Shown in pieces: positions 1 to 10,085 of a DNA stretch of 64,000 nucleotides; position 1 is the stretch's first letter; every line of letters begins with the position of its first letter. The position numbers were made by a program, and so were the translations under genes. A model generated the notes under the pieces. The model did no database searches, was not told the DNA's origin, and saw only the letters and a program-made list of their open reading frames with translations. Origin of the DNA: Candidatus Levyibacteriota bacterium (lineage in GTDB: Bacteria > Patescibacteriota > Microgenomatia > Levybacterales > UBA12049); contig JBBRCK010000002.1 in assembly GCA_038205015.1 (NCBI GenBank), forward strand, positions 33,913-97,912, in the 5' to 3' direction.

Positions 1-1181
1 ACATACCCTGCAAGCATAGATGTACAAAAGGATACTAAAATAAGAAGTCTTGTAGAGAATTGCGCAAGATCTAGAGTTGGAATTATTGACCAGATAGGCC
101 GTGAGATTGGAGTTAATAAGAATAATAAGATAGAAAATAAGGATAACCAAAATATAATAAAAGTTTTATATTTTAATTTAACTTTATTGGTTAATATTGC
201 AATTATAGAAAGAGTAACTACAGCCAATTGAGTGTATCCAATAACATAAGATAACTCGCCGTTTGGTCCTTGAAATAGAAATCCAAATCTCCATGGGGAA
301 TAAAATAATTGCCAAAAAGGTACAAATATAATCGCAGAAGTGATGCTTTTATGATAATTTGTAAACTGTAATAACAATATGTCTGCAATCCAAGCATGCA
401 TAGAAAGAATTATGCCTATTGTTGCAGTTAACAGTAGGTATTTAATAATTTGTATTTTGTTTTGATTTTTCCAGATTTTAAAATAAATATATGGAAGAAT
501 AATCAATCCAGCAAAAACAGTTGAAGGAGAGTGAGCGAGATATGATAAATATAGTATTACTCCGGTCCAGATAGACAGGAGTAAACTTTGTTTATCAATA
601 ATTTTTTTAAAACAATATAGTAAAAGAGGAATAAAAAGAAAACCGGCGATTTCTCCGCCTGTTGCACGAAAATGTAAATTAACTAAATGATAAGGAGAAA
701 ATAAATAAAATGTTGCTGCGACGAAAGCAGCTTTTTTATCTTTGAATTCTTCGAATGCAAATTTAAACATTACTATTCCAGAAAGAATAAAACATGATCC
801 TAAAAATATTTTCATGCTGTCAATAAAAGAAAATCCAATAATATGTAAAAATGAAACAAAGTAATATAGAAGTACATAGCTAAAAATAAATAACGGATAT
901 CCATAACTACTATTTAAATCTCCGCCCCATGATGGAATCAATTGTCCATCTTTTAAATTATTGTAAAAAGACATTGCATTTCTAATATGAATGTTAAAAT
1001 CACCACTTTCATAATCTCCTGGTCTAAAAATGCTTACAATAGGTAAAATAGATATTAAAATAAGTAGGACAAAAAAATTAATCTTTTTCTTTGGGAAAAT
1101 ATATTTATAAATTATAGTTCCAGTCAAAAGTAAACCAGATAAAACTAAATTTATAAAAGCCATTCTATGGAGATCAAACAT
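1..1181 (-). CDS. Partial polytopic membrane protein, PTPS-related/YfhO-like GT-C family (runs off left edge)
   Basis: Not in ORF track. Read by hand from ATG at 1181: MFDLHRMAFINLVL...YESGDFNIH...GQLIPSWGGDLNSSYGYPLFIF, a PxW...GYPLF pattern typical of these membrane GT-C proteins; hydrophobic throughout. Confidence 0.65.
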   Translation of the reverse strand, partial: MFDLHRMAFINLVLSGLLLTGTIIYKYIFPKKKINFFVLLILISILPIVSIFRPGDYESGDFNIHIRNAMSFYNNLKDGQLIPSWGGDLNSSYGYPLFIFSYVLLYYFVSFLHIIGFSFIDSMKIFLGSCFILSGIVMFKFAFEEFKDKKAAFVAATFYLFSPYHLVNLHFRATGGEIAGFLFIPLLLYCFKKIIDKQSLLLSIWTGVILYLSYLAHSPSTVFAGLIILPYIYFKIWKNQNKIQIIKYLLLTATIGIILSMHAWIADILLLQFTNYHKSITSAIIFVPFWQLFYSPWRFGFLFQGPNGELSYVIGYTQLAVVTLSIIAILTNKVKLKYKTFIIFWLSLFSILLFLLTPISRPIWSIIPTLDLAQFSTRLLILVSFCTSMLAGY

Positions 1182-1216
1182 GATGATATAATAGCTTTGT
1201 AAATTTATAATATCAA

Positions 1217-1663
1217 GTGAAATTATTGTTTATGAAAAAAGTATTCTTGAGTTTATTTTTTCTATGGATTATTTTAAGTATTTTAACTTTGCCTTATAAT
1301 GCTTTAAATACGGTTTTAGATATTAAATCATGGTTTTTTTTAACAGATAACCAAAAAAGAGAAAAGATCTTCGGGGATACATATGATTATATTTATTTTA
1401 TAAATTCAAAAACACCAAAAAATTCAAATATCTATATATTTTCAAAAGATGGTAAAATTGGTTTAATTGCAAGATATTTCCTTTATCCCCGCAAGCTCTA
1501 TGTGACTAAAGATGATAGTAATTTAATTAATCTTTTAAAGCATGAATCCTTTGATTATATTTCTCTTTATGATAAAGAGAAAATAATACAAAATTATAAA
1601 TTATTTGCTAAATATCAATCAAAAACTACATTTCATTTTGGAATAATTTATAAGAAAATATGA
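1217..1663 (+). CDS. Membrane-anchored hypothetical protein
   Basis: N-terminal TM helix, YFLYPR motif, ATGA overlap with next gene; GTG start 5 nt after TATAAT. Confidence 0.7.
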   Translation: MKLLFMKKVFLSLFFLWIILSILTLPYNALNTVLDIKSWFFLTDNQKREKIFGDTYDYIYFINSKTPKNSNIYIFSKDGKIGLIARYFLYPRKLYVTKDDSNLINLLKHESFDYISLYDKEKIIQNYKLFAKYQSKTTFHFGIIYKKI

Positions 1664-3024
1664 TTGACATAATTTTAACTTCGTTAGCAATATCTTTTGT
1701 TGCATTATTAGGATTTTCAATAATCAAATATTTTAGCTTATGGTCGGAAGCGGATAATCTTTCAATTGCTGCAGTTTCTTATGGTTTAGGTGTTGGGCTC
1801 ATTTCTATGCAGTTGTATATTTATTCCAGAATCGGCTTGCAGTGGAGTAGAGAATTAATAATGTTTCCCTGGTTTATGCTTATGCTATTTGTTTTTATAA
1901 ATAATATACATAGCCTATCTAAATTCAAAATCCCTAAGTTTAATATTACTTCAGGAATTAATCTTATCCTTTTGTTTTTTATTATTGCAGCAGCGAGTTA
2001 TACTTTTTTTGAAGCTTTAATTCGTCCGGTTAGCGTTTGGGATGCTGTAGCGATTTGGATGAACAAATCAAAAATCTTTTATTTTGACCAAAGCATAACG
2101 ACTAATCTGCTATATTTATTTGATTTTGGTTATCCGTTGGTAGTTAGTTTATTTGGAACTTTTATATATATAATTCTGGGTCACATAAATGATTCCGCAG
2201 TGCTTTTGACTTCGTTTGCTTTTTACTTTTTTACGGCTCTTTTATTATTTTCCACTATTAAGAAAAGATTTGGTTTAACATATGCATTAATTTTTACTTT
2301 TCTTTTTGTTACAACTCAAAATTTTGTTAGGCATGGTGGGAGAATGGAGGCAGGTCAAGCTGATCTACCGCTTGGGTATTATACTTTTGTTTGCCTAATA
2401 TTGCTCTTAGATTATTTTAAACAAAATAAAGCTAAATTACTGTCACTTCTCTCAATATATTTGGGAATTACTGGACTTATAAAATCTGAAGCTCTATTTA
2501 TTACTATTGCGATTGTAATTCCAATTATATATCAAATTTATAAAACTAAGCATTATAACCATTTAATTATTCTCTTCTTTTGGGTTTTACCAATAATTGA
2601 TTGGCAGCTATACAAAAACGATATAGCTAAGCCGCCTAATTTTTACCCGTTTTATCAAAACATCCTATCCTGGCAAAGAGTGGTTAATACTTTATTAGGA
2701 ATGGTAAAAGAGTTTATAAATATAAAAAGCTGGAATATGCTTTGGATAGTGTATTTTTATTCTTTCTTAATAGTAAAAATAAAGAATAAAAAGGAATTAA
2801 TAATTATAAATACAATTATACTTTCACAAATCTTTATATATTTTTTAATTTATATTTTAAATTCTGCCTTTAATCCAGAAAGTTCTGCCGAAAGATTATA
2901 TGTTCATATTGCACCATTAGTTTTCTTCTATCTTGCAATAGTTTTCTGGAAATTAATAGACTTAAAAGATTTAAGAAAAAGCATTATGTTACTCTTTTCT
3001 AAAGTTAGTTCATTATTTAATTAA
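1660..3024 (+). CDS. GT-C fold (ArnT/PMT_2-like) membrane glycosyltransferase
   Basis: About 12 TM segments; luminal WDAVAIW, YP, ADLP and K.EA motifs. Confidence 0.6.
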   Translation: MIDIILTSLAISFVALLGFSIIKYFSLWSEADNLSIAAVSYGLGVGLISMQLYIYSRIGLQWSRELIMFPWFMLMLFVFINNIHSLSKFKIPKFNITSGINLILLFFIIAAASYTFFEALIRPVSVWDAVAIWMNKSKIFYFDQSITTNLLYLFDFGYPLVVSLFGTFIYIILGHINDSAVLLTSFAFYFFTALLLFSTIKKRFGLTYALIFTFLFVTTQNFVRHGGRMEAGQADLPLGYYTFVCLILLLDYFKQNKAKLLSLLSIYLGITGLIKSEALFITIAIVIPIIYQIYKTKHYNHLIILFFWVLPIIDWQLYKNDIAKPPNFYPFYQNILSWQRVVNTLLGMVKEFINIKSWNMLWIVYFYSFLIVKIKNKKELIIINTIILSQIFIYFLIYILNSAFNPESSAERLYVHIAPLVFFYLAIVFWKLIDLKDLRKSIMLLFSKVSSLFN

Positions 3025-3050
3025 AGAATGTTATAATTCCAACCACTATT

Positions 3051-5642
3051 ATGGTTAAGGTAAGAGCAACATTAATTTGCACAATATTTAACGAAGAAAA
3101 AAACATTGAAAGCTTCATAAAATCTATTGCAAAGCAAACAGTTATTCCAAACGAAATTATTATTGTGGATGGCGGAAGTAAAGATAATACAGATGTTGTA
3201 CTTAAGAGATTAATAGAAAAATATGCCAACAAACTTAAGATAATATTTTTACAAAAGATGGGAAATAGGTCTATTGGCAGAAATGAGGCAATCAAAAATT
3301 CTTCTAACGAAATAATTCTTTGTACCGATTCGGGAAATTTATTGGATAAAAACTGGGTAAAAGAAATTACCAGACCCTTTTCTAATAAAAGGGTAGAAGT
3401 TGTAGCAGGATACTATAAAGGGATTGGAAAGACAGCGTTTGAAAAATGCATGATTCCTTATGCTCTCGTAATGAAAGAAAGGATAAATAAGAATAATTTT
3501 TTACCTGCAACAAGGTCTATGGCATTTAAAAAAAATATTTGGAAAAAGGTAGGTGAATTCAATGAAAAATTTTCTCACAATGAAGATTATGATTTTGCAA
3601 ACAAACTTAAAAGTAGGAATGCAAAAATTGTATTTACAGACAAAGCGATTGTAAGTTGGTTTCCTAGAAGAAATTTAAAGCAGGCATTTGTTATGTTTTT
3701 TAGGTTTGCTTTTGGTGACGGAGAATCAGGGAATTTGCGAGAAAAGGTGTTATATATATTCTTAAGATATTTTTTGTTATTTTATTTGCTTTTTCTTGAT
3801 TATTTATACAAATCTAAAATTTTATCGATAATTATTAGTTTAGGAGTTGTAGCTTATCTGTCTTGGTCTATTGCAAAAAATACTAAGTATATAAATGACT
3901 CAAAAAAATATTTTTTACTTCCTCTAATTCAATTGACATCTGATATTGCAGTAATGGTTGGTACGAGTTTGGGGGTTATAAAGCGTGTTATTAATTTAGA
4001 TTTTAAAGCTGTGTTTTTACATAATAAGGGGTTATTTTTTATCTTAATTGTTTATATATTAACAGTTTTGTCTTCAATTACGTGGGGTATTCCAAATCAG
4101 AATCACCCATTTTTATACCATATGGATGAATGGCATCAGCTTCAATCTGTAAGGTTTGTTTTTCAATATGGAAGTCCAAATTTTCAAGCATCTGCGAACG
4201 GACCTATGTTTCATTTCTTTCTCTCAGGAATTTATCTTTCCCCCTTTGTTTTACTAAAAATTGTAAATCCTTTCACAATAAAATCTGCTATAGATGCGAT
4301 AAACATGCAACATTTAATATTTATTATTCTTCGTTTGAATACCTTATTGTTTGGTGTACTAACTTTACTTACTATTTATAAGACTTCAAAGATTTTAAAA
4401 ATTAAATCAATGCTTCCAATTGTATTACTTGCATTTACTCCGGTTTGGATAATGTTAAGCAATAATTTTAAGTATGATATTGCACTTACGTTTTGGCTGA
4501 CATTTTCAATATATTGTTTTTTAAGATACTTTAAAAACCCTATAATTCATAATTTAGTTTTACTTTGTATCGTATCTGCATTGACTCTATCAGTTAAGGT
4601 TACGGGAATTCCACTTATTGGATTAATTATTGTAAGTTTCTTTTTATTTTCCAATAATCCTTTTAATAGGATAAAAGATTTAGTTATTGGATTAATTTCC
4701 TATTTTTTGATTGTAATTTTCTTTGGAATTCCGGATATTATATTTAATGGAAAAAGTATTTATGAATATTTATATTCAAATTTAACTTTAACAGCTAATT
4801 TGTCAAATTATGTTAAAACTGGATACTCCACTTTTTCTTTTATAATGTTACATAATTTTCCTACAATTTTTGGCCATCCATTATTTTTATTGTTTTGCTT
4901 ATCGCTTATCTACTTCTTAAAATTAATACGTGAAAGCGTAATTAATAAAGAAAAGATTTATAAATTTTATTTAATTATATTGTTGTACTTTATTATTTTT
5001 ATTTTTAGTTTTTATCCGATTATTAATTTGGGACCATCAGCAAACAGAGTTTTAGTTATATTACCCGCAATGGTGTTAATAATAGCTATCTCAGTAAGCG
5101 AATTTATTAAAAACTTGAGTGGTAACAAGAAAATATTAGTGATTTTTATACTATTTATTTGTATTTTTTTACAAATTTTTGAAACTTATTGTTGGGTTTT
5201 ATTAAAACATACTCCTGCTCCTCAAGAAACATCTTCTTCCTGGGTTTTAAAAAATATAAAACCATATACTACAATAGGTTTAGAAAATATACCTTTATAT
5301 CAAAAAGAACCTGACATTGTTCTAAAAGAATTTTATAATAAGCAGTATAAAACGAATTTGAAATTAAAATATAATTATCAAATTGTAGATTACAATACCA
5401 AAAATCTTCCGGAAGTAATAATTGTATCGGACGTGAAATTATCAGAGGAGTCTGAGAGAAATACCTCGAAAATTAATCTTATAAATAAATTAAATAAGGA
5501 AAATTATAAAATTATTACTACCTTTTCGCCAGCTTTAAATTTTTATTATTTTTTTGGTAATACATTTAATTTTGTTTCATCTGGTCTTATAGCATATCCG
5601 GGAGATATTACAATTTTTAAGAAAAATAACATGCAGAATTAA
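3051..5642 (+). CDS. Fusion of GT2 glycosyltransferase and GT39/PMT_2-like GT-C domain
   Basis: N-terminal GT-A motifs (FNEE, VDGGSKD, GRN, TDSG, EDYDF); from about aa 325 a TM bundle with WGIP...HMDE and K-Y-D motifs. Confidence 0.75.
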   Translation: MVKVRATLICTIFNEEKNIESFIKSIAKQTVIPNEIIIVDGGSKDNTDVVLKRLIEKYANKLKIIFLQKMGNRSIGRNEAIKNSSNEIILCTDSGNLLDKNWVKEITRPFSNKRVEVVAGYYKGIGKTAFEKCMIPYALVMKERINKNNFLPATRSMAFKKNIWKKVGEFNEKFSHNEDYDFANKLKSRNAKIVFTDKAIVSWFPRRNLKQAFVMFFRFAFGDGESGNLREKVLYIFLRYFLLFYLLFLDYLYKSKILSIIISLGVVAYLSWSIAKNTKYINDSKKYFLLPLIQLTSDIAVMVGTSLGVIKRVINLDFKAVFLHNKGLFFILIVYILTVLSSITWGIPNQNHPFLYHMDEWHQLQSVRFVFQYGSPNFQASANGPMFHFFLSGIYLSPFVLLKIVNPFTIKSAIDAINMQHLIFIILRLNTLLFGVLTLLTIYKTSKILKIKSMLPIVLLAFTPVWIMLSNNFKYDIALTFWLTFSIYCFLRYFKNPIIHNLVLLCIVSALTLSVKVTGIPLIGLIIVSFFLFSNNPFNRIKDLVIGLISYFLIVIFFGIPDIIFNGKSIYEYLYSNLTLTANLSNYVKTGYSTFSFIMLHNFPTIFGHPLFLLFCLSLIYFLKLIRESVINKEKIYKFYLIILLYFIIFIFSFYPIINLGPSANRVLVILPAMVLIIAISVSEFIKNLSGNKKILVIFILFICIFLQIFETYCWVLLKHTPAPQETSSSWVLKNIKPYTTIGLENIPLYQKEPDIVLKEFYNKQYKTNLKLKYNYQIVDYNTKNLPEVIIVSDVKLSEESERNTSKINLINKLNKENYKIITTFSPALNFYYFFGNTFNFVSSGLIAYPGDITIFKKNNMQN

Positions 5643-5699
5643 AGAATGAGAACTAATATAGATTATGATGTTATTCTTTGTTAAAATACTATATGTTTT

Positions 5700-6230
5700 A
5701 TGAAATTTACTAAAACTTTTATTTCTGGATTAATTGTTATTGAATTTGATAAATTTGACGACGAAAGAGGATATCTTGCTAAATTTTTTGACAAAGAAAC
5801 CTACAAAAAAAATAATATTAAATTAGATTTAACACAGGTAAAATATTCTTCTACTAAGAAAAAAGGTACTATTCGTGGGCCACATATGCAATTCAAGCCT
5901 GATGAGGAAGCAAAAATAGTTCATTGTTTGAAGGGAAGAATTTTCGATGTGGTTTTGGATTTGAGGCCAAAATCAAAAACATACGGAAAATGGTTTGGAG
6001 AAGCTATGTCAGATAAAAATAAAAAAAGTTTATACATACCAAAAGGACTTGCCCATGGTTACCAAACTTTAACTAATGACTGTGATGTTTTGTATATGAT
6101 GTCCGGGCATTTTTCTAAAACAAATTATGTTGGTGTTAGATGGGATGATCCACATTTTAATATTACTTGGCCTTTAAAACCTACTTTGATTGCAGAAAAA
6201 GACCTTAAGCGGCCATTGTTTAATAAATAG
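5700..6230 (+). CDS. rmlC: NDP-4-keto-6-deoxyhexose 3,5-epimerase (RmlC family)
   Basis: DERG, GTIRGPH, VLDLRPKS.TYGKW, AHGYQTL, WDDP motifs. Confidence 0.85.
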   Translation: MKFTKTFISGLIVIEFDKFDDERGYLAKFFDKETYKKNNIKLDLTQVKYSSTKKKGTIRGPHMQFKPDEEAKIVHCLKGRIFDVVLDLRPKSKTYGKWFGEAMSDKNKKSLYIPKGLAHGYQTLTNDCDVLYMMSGHFSKTNYVGVRWDDPHFNITWPLKPTLIAEKDLKRPLFNK

Positions 6231-6232
6231 TT

Positions 6233-7099
6233 ATGATTGATTTACTAATTATTGGGAAGGACGGGCAGCTTGGTAAAGCGTTTGTGAAAGCCTCGAGAGA
6301 ACAAAAACTTAGCTTCAAGGCATATTCAAAAGACGAACTTGATATCACAAAAAATTTACACGTAGAAAAAATACTAAAGAAAATTAAGCCAAAAATTATT
6401 ATTAATACCTCTGCATTTCACGTTACCGCGCTTTGTGAAAAGAAACCCCTTGATGCATTTAAAGTTAATTGCATAGCAGTTTCAAATTTGGCAAAATTGG
6501 CTAAAGCAGTTAATGCGAGATTTGTTACCTATAGCACAAATTATGTATTTGATGGTAAAAAAGGTCAACCATACTTTGAAAACGATATTGTAAACCCACT
6601 GCAAATGTATGGATTAAGTAAGCTTGCAGGAGAAATGTCAGCTTTAAATGAATATCCTAGTGGAACTTACATCATAAGAACTTGCGGAGTTTACGGAGGA
6701 GGGTATTCGGGTAGCAAAAGTAAAAAAGGGAATTACGTTCTAAAAATTTTAAATGAAGCAAGGACTAACGAAGTAATACGCGCAAGTACTAAGCAAATTG
6801 TAAATCCAACATATGCCGGAGATTTAGCGAAATACTCAATAAGTTTATTGAAATTAAATCCAAAGCCAGGTATATATCACCTTGCTAGCGAAGGTTTTTG
6901 CAGTTGGTACGACTTTGCAAAGAAAATACTGGAATATAAAAAAATTAATGTAAAACTAATTCCGTTTGAAAGTAATGAAGAAAATATAAATTTTCAAAGT
7001 CCACTTTTTTCAGCTCTTCAAAATAGTAAAGCTAAGAAGCTTGGAATTGTTTTACCAAGTATAGAAGATGGATTATTTAAGTATCTGGTAGAAATTTAA
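6233..7099 (+). CDS. rmlD: NDP-4-dehydrorhamnose reductase (RmlD family)
   Basis: GKDGQLG, STNYVFDG, YGLSKLAGE, NPTYAGDLA, GIYHL motifs. Confidence 0.85.
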   Translation: MIDLLIIGKDGQLGKAFVKASREQKLSFKAYSKDELDITKNLHVEKILKKIKPKIIINTSAFHVTALCEKKPLDAFKVNCIAVSNLAKLAKAVNARFVTYSTNYVFDGKKGQPYFENDIVNPLQMYGLSKLAGEMSALNEYPSGTYIIRTCGVYGGGYSGSKSKKGNYVLKILNEARTNEVIRASTKQIVNPTYAGDLAKYSISLLKLNPKPGIYHLASEGFCSWYDFAKKILEYKKINVKLIPFESNEENINFQSPLFSALQNSKAKKLGIVLPSIEDGLFKYLVEI

Positions 7100-7101
7100 G
7101 T

Positions 7102-7338
7102 ATGAAGAAAATAATTTTTTATACGACTATTTTGTATTTAATCTTTTTGATTATTTTTAGATTTTCTTTTAGATATTTTAGAACTTTTTTTCTTCCTCCG
7201 GAAATTTCAGGATTTAAAATAGTCGGTTATTCTCAGTACTTTGGGTATCCATTCTATTATGATACTGTAGTATTTTTTCTTTTAGTTTTAGTTCCAAGTT
7301 TAATATTTTTAATCTTTATGCTGCACCATAAGAAATGA
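7102..7338 (+). CDS. Small two-TM membrane protein
   Basis: 78 aa, two hydrophobic helices around IVGYSQYFGYP; ATGA overlap with next gene. Confidence 0.65.
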   Translation: MKKIIFYTTILYLIFLIIFRFSFRYFRTFFLPPEISGFKIVGYSQYFGYPFYYDTVVFFLLVLVPSLIFLIFMLHHKK

Positions 7339-9275
7339 AGAAGCTATATTTATATATTAAGAAGAATATTTTTGAAGTAATATTTATTGTAATTATTGAT
7401 ACACTAATTTCTATAATTAATTATTTCTTCTTGCACATAAGCGATTTAAAACTTTCAAATTTTGACTTACAGACATTTTTGACTTGGTATTATGCTGCTT
7501 CTAGAAACTTAATCCCATATAAAGATTTATATTATCCTTATGGTTTACTTTCGTATTATAGACAAGAAAATATATATTTTTCCTTAATTTACATATTTAT
7601 TTCGGTTTTAGCTTTTAATGTTACATTTTATATATTTAAAATAGTTTTTAAACAAAATTTTCTTTCATATGCTGTATCAATTATTTTTTTAGTATTTATT
7701 CTGCTAATCCCCGGTTTAGAGACATTTAATAGATATGGAGTTTCATTTGCTTTAACACTAATCATATCTTACGTATTTTTTGTTACAAAAACATCTAAAA
7801 AAATACTATTCGCTTTGGGATTTATTATTTCTACTATTTTTTGGATGCTTCATGATCAAGGAATTTATGCATACATTATTTTTGCTGTATTCTTTTTTAG
7901 TAAAGAAATTAATAAGTTTATGCTTTATAAGAATAAACTTAGATTTTTCGGTGAGTTCTTTAAAAATACTTTTTCTTTTTTATTTGGATGCTTCATTGGT
8001 TTATTTATTTTTCTTATATATCTTATAAAACATAATGCAGTTAGTGAATTTTGGTATTACTTAACAGTAAGCCTTCCTGAGTTTCCAGTTTTGTCTAAGA
8101 CACCTTTTTTTAACTTTCTCTTTACGTTTAACAACCTGTTTTCAATTGCCGTACTATGCCTTTCGATATTTTTTGTTATTTATAAATTACTTAAAAAACG
8201 AAAGAAGTCTTTATTTATGTATATCGAAATTGGATTAATTATTCTAATTTTGTTATTTGAACAAAAAAATGTTATCCGTTCGATTTCAATCTCATTTACA
8301 TTTGTATCTTTTGCGTTGTTATTTATCGTTTTATTTGACTTTATTATTTTGAATAAAAAAAATATTAGAGGTTTAAAACCATTAAAGCTCACTTATTTAT
8401 TGATTCTATTATTTATTACTATCGTATTTTACTTTTCAAATTATAATTTTAATACTTTTTTTACAAATAAAAATAATTCTTCAACTTATAATAGTCATAT
8501 TGCAGTAATTAATAAATTAAGAACATATAGTCAATTTAATAATAAGATTTTTAGCTTTCCCGGTGATCCAATTTTTTACACATTGCTTAAACAAATCCCA
8601 CCTTACTTTACTAGTATTTACGAAGCATCATCTGAACAGTCACAGCAAAGGATAATTGATTATATGAAAAACAATAATATTTGGTACGTAGTGATTAATA
8701 TAGGTAATAAATCAATTCAAGATACCGTGCCTAACTATATACGTGGGGTTTATGAATTAAAGTATATTCTTAATAATTATTCAGTAAAGGATACTGTTAG
8801 TAATTTTTTAATATTAGAAAGAAATTCTAATAAAGATTTTTTTACTAAAAGCAATGATTACAAAGTACAAGAATATATAAATTATCTTTTAAATGTTAAT
8901 TTGGAATCAATTCCATATTCTGAAGGCATATATAAATCTAGGTCTTTAATAAATAATATAATTATAATTAACGCTTCAAACAGTAGGTTATTAAATGAAT
9001 TTCTAAATAAAAATGTTGTAAATTCAAAAAACATAGTTTTAGTAGTAAAAAATAATATTAACTCTGCAAAATCGATTCAAATTAGTGTAAAATCAGAAAA
9101 CGACTTAAGCACAAACGTAAATTTTAAATCATGTGATCTAAAATTTTGTTATATTAATTTATCAAATCTGCCATTGTTTTATAAAAATAGAAGAATTAAG
9201 TCGATAAATTATAACGATAATTCTTTAGTTGGGCTTATAAAAGTTAACGATAATAGTATAAAAGAATTATGGTAA
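7335..9275 (+). CDS. Large polytopic membrane protein, probable GT-C fold
   Basis: PYKDLYYPYG motif after first TM, about 10 TMs, soluble C-terminal domain. Confidence 0.55.
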   Translation: MKKLYLYIKKNIFEVIFIVIIDTLISIINYFFLHISDLKLSNFDLQTFLTWYYAASRNLIPYKDLYYPYGLLSYYRQENIYFSLIYIFISVLAFNVTFYIFKIVFKQNFLSYAVSIIFLVFILLIPGLETFNRYGVSFALTLIISYVFFVTKTSKKILFALGFIISTIFWMLHDQGIYAYIIFAVFFFSKEINKFMLYKNKLRFFGEFFKNTFSFLFGCFIGLFIFLIYLIKHNAVSEFWYYLTVSLPEFPVLSKTPFFNFLFTFNNLFSIAVLCLSIFFVIYKLLKKRKKSLFMYIEIGLIILILLFEQKNVIRSISISFTFVSFALLFIVLFDFIILNKKNIRGLKPLKLTYLLILLFITIVFYFSNYNFNTFFTNKNNSSTYNSHIAVINKLRTYSQFNNKIFSFPGDPIFYTLLKQIPPYFTSIYEASSEQSQQRIIDYMKNNNIWYVVINIGNKSIQDTVPNYIRGVYELKYILNNYSVKDTVSNFLILERNSNKDFFTKSNDYKVQEYINYLLNVNLESIPYSEGIYKSRSLINNIIIINASNSRLLNEFLNKNVVNSKNIVLVVKNNINSAKSIQISVKSENDLSTNVNFKSCDLKFCYINLSNLPLFYKNRRIKSINYNDNSLVGLIKVNDNSIKELW

Positions 9276-9279
9276 TTTT

Positions 9280-10038
9280 ATGAAAAATGCAAATATAAAT
9301 GTAATTATTCCCTCATATAACGAATCAAAAAATGTTCCAGCAGTAATTCGTGGTATTAGAAATGAGTTTCCGGAAGTAAGGATAATTTTTGTTGATGATT
9401 CAAATAAAGCAGAAAATAAAAAACTTAAAGATGTTATTTCAAAATTTGAAAATACAGATTTAATAACAAGAGGAAAGAAGCTTGGTAGGGGAAGTGCGGT
9501 AATGGATGGTTTTAAATTCGGATTAAAATATAAAAAGGCACAATATTTTTATGAAATGGACTCCGATTTAGCACATGAACCGACACATTTAAAAAGATTT
9601 TTGCAAAAAATTAAAGAGACTAATGCTGGCCTTGTTATAGGGTCACGCTATATGACAGGTGGAAGAGTTGTAGGTGTATCAATTTCCAGAAGAATTTTAA
9701 GCAGAATAATAAATAGATTTTTACGTATAATGTTAGGCTTTAAGCTAACTGACTACACAAGTGGTTATAGGCTTTATGGTAGAAGTGCTGTTGAGTTTCT
9801 TGTAAAATCTAAATTGAAATCAACCGGTTTCATTGCGCTTTCTGAAATATCCTATAAGCTTCATAAAAATAAATTTATGATCAAAGAAGTACCGGTAACC
9901 ATTTCTACTAGAAAATTTGGAAGGTCAACTATGGGTATAAAAGAATTGCTGAATTCACTAATATTTGTAATAAAAATGAAATTTGAGGAAGAAATACTAA
10001 ATATGTTTTATGCAAAACATTCTCATTACAAAAAATAG
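9280..10038 (+). CDS. Dpm1-like polyprenol-phosphate glycosyltransferase (GT2), copy 1
   Basis: IPSYNE, VDDS, GRGSA, MDSDLAH, GSRY, DYTSGYR, EVPV motifs. Confidence 0.8.
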   Translation: MKNANINVIIPSYNESKNVPAVIRGIRNEFPEVRIIFVDDSNKAENKKLKDVISKFENTDLITRGKKLGRGSAVMDGFKFGLKYKKAQYFYEMDSDLAHEPTHLKRFLQKIKETNAGLVIGSRYMTGGRVVGVSISRRILSRIINRFLRIMLGFKLTDYTSGYRLYGRSAVEFLVKSKLKSTGFIALSEISYKLHKNKFMIKEVPVTISTRKFGRSTMGIKELLNSLIFVIKMKFEEEILNMFYAKHSHYKK

Positions 10039-10085
10039 AAAGCTTATTTACTTGATGTTATAATATTCCAATTCAATTTTCGCCT

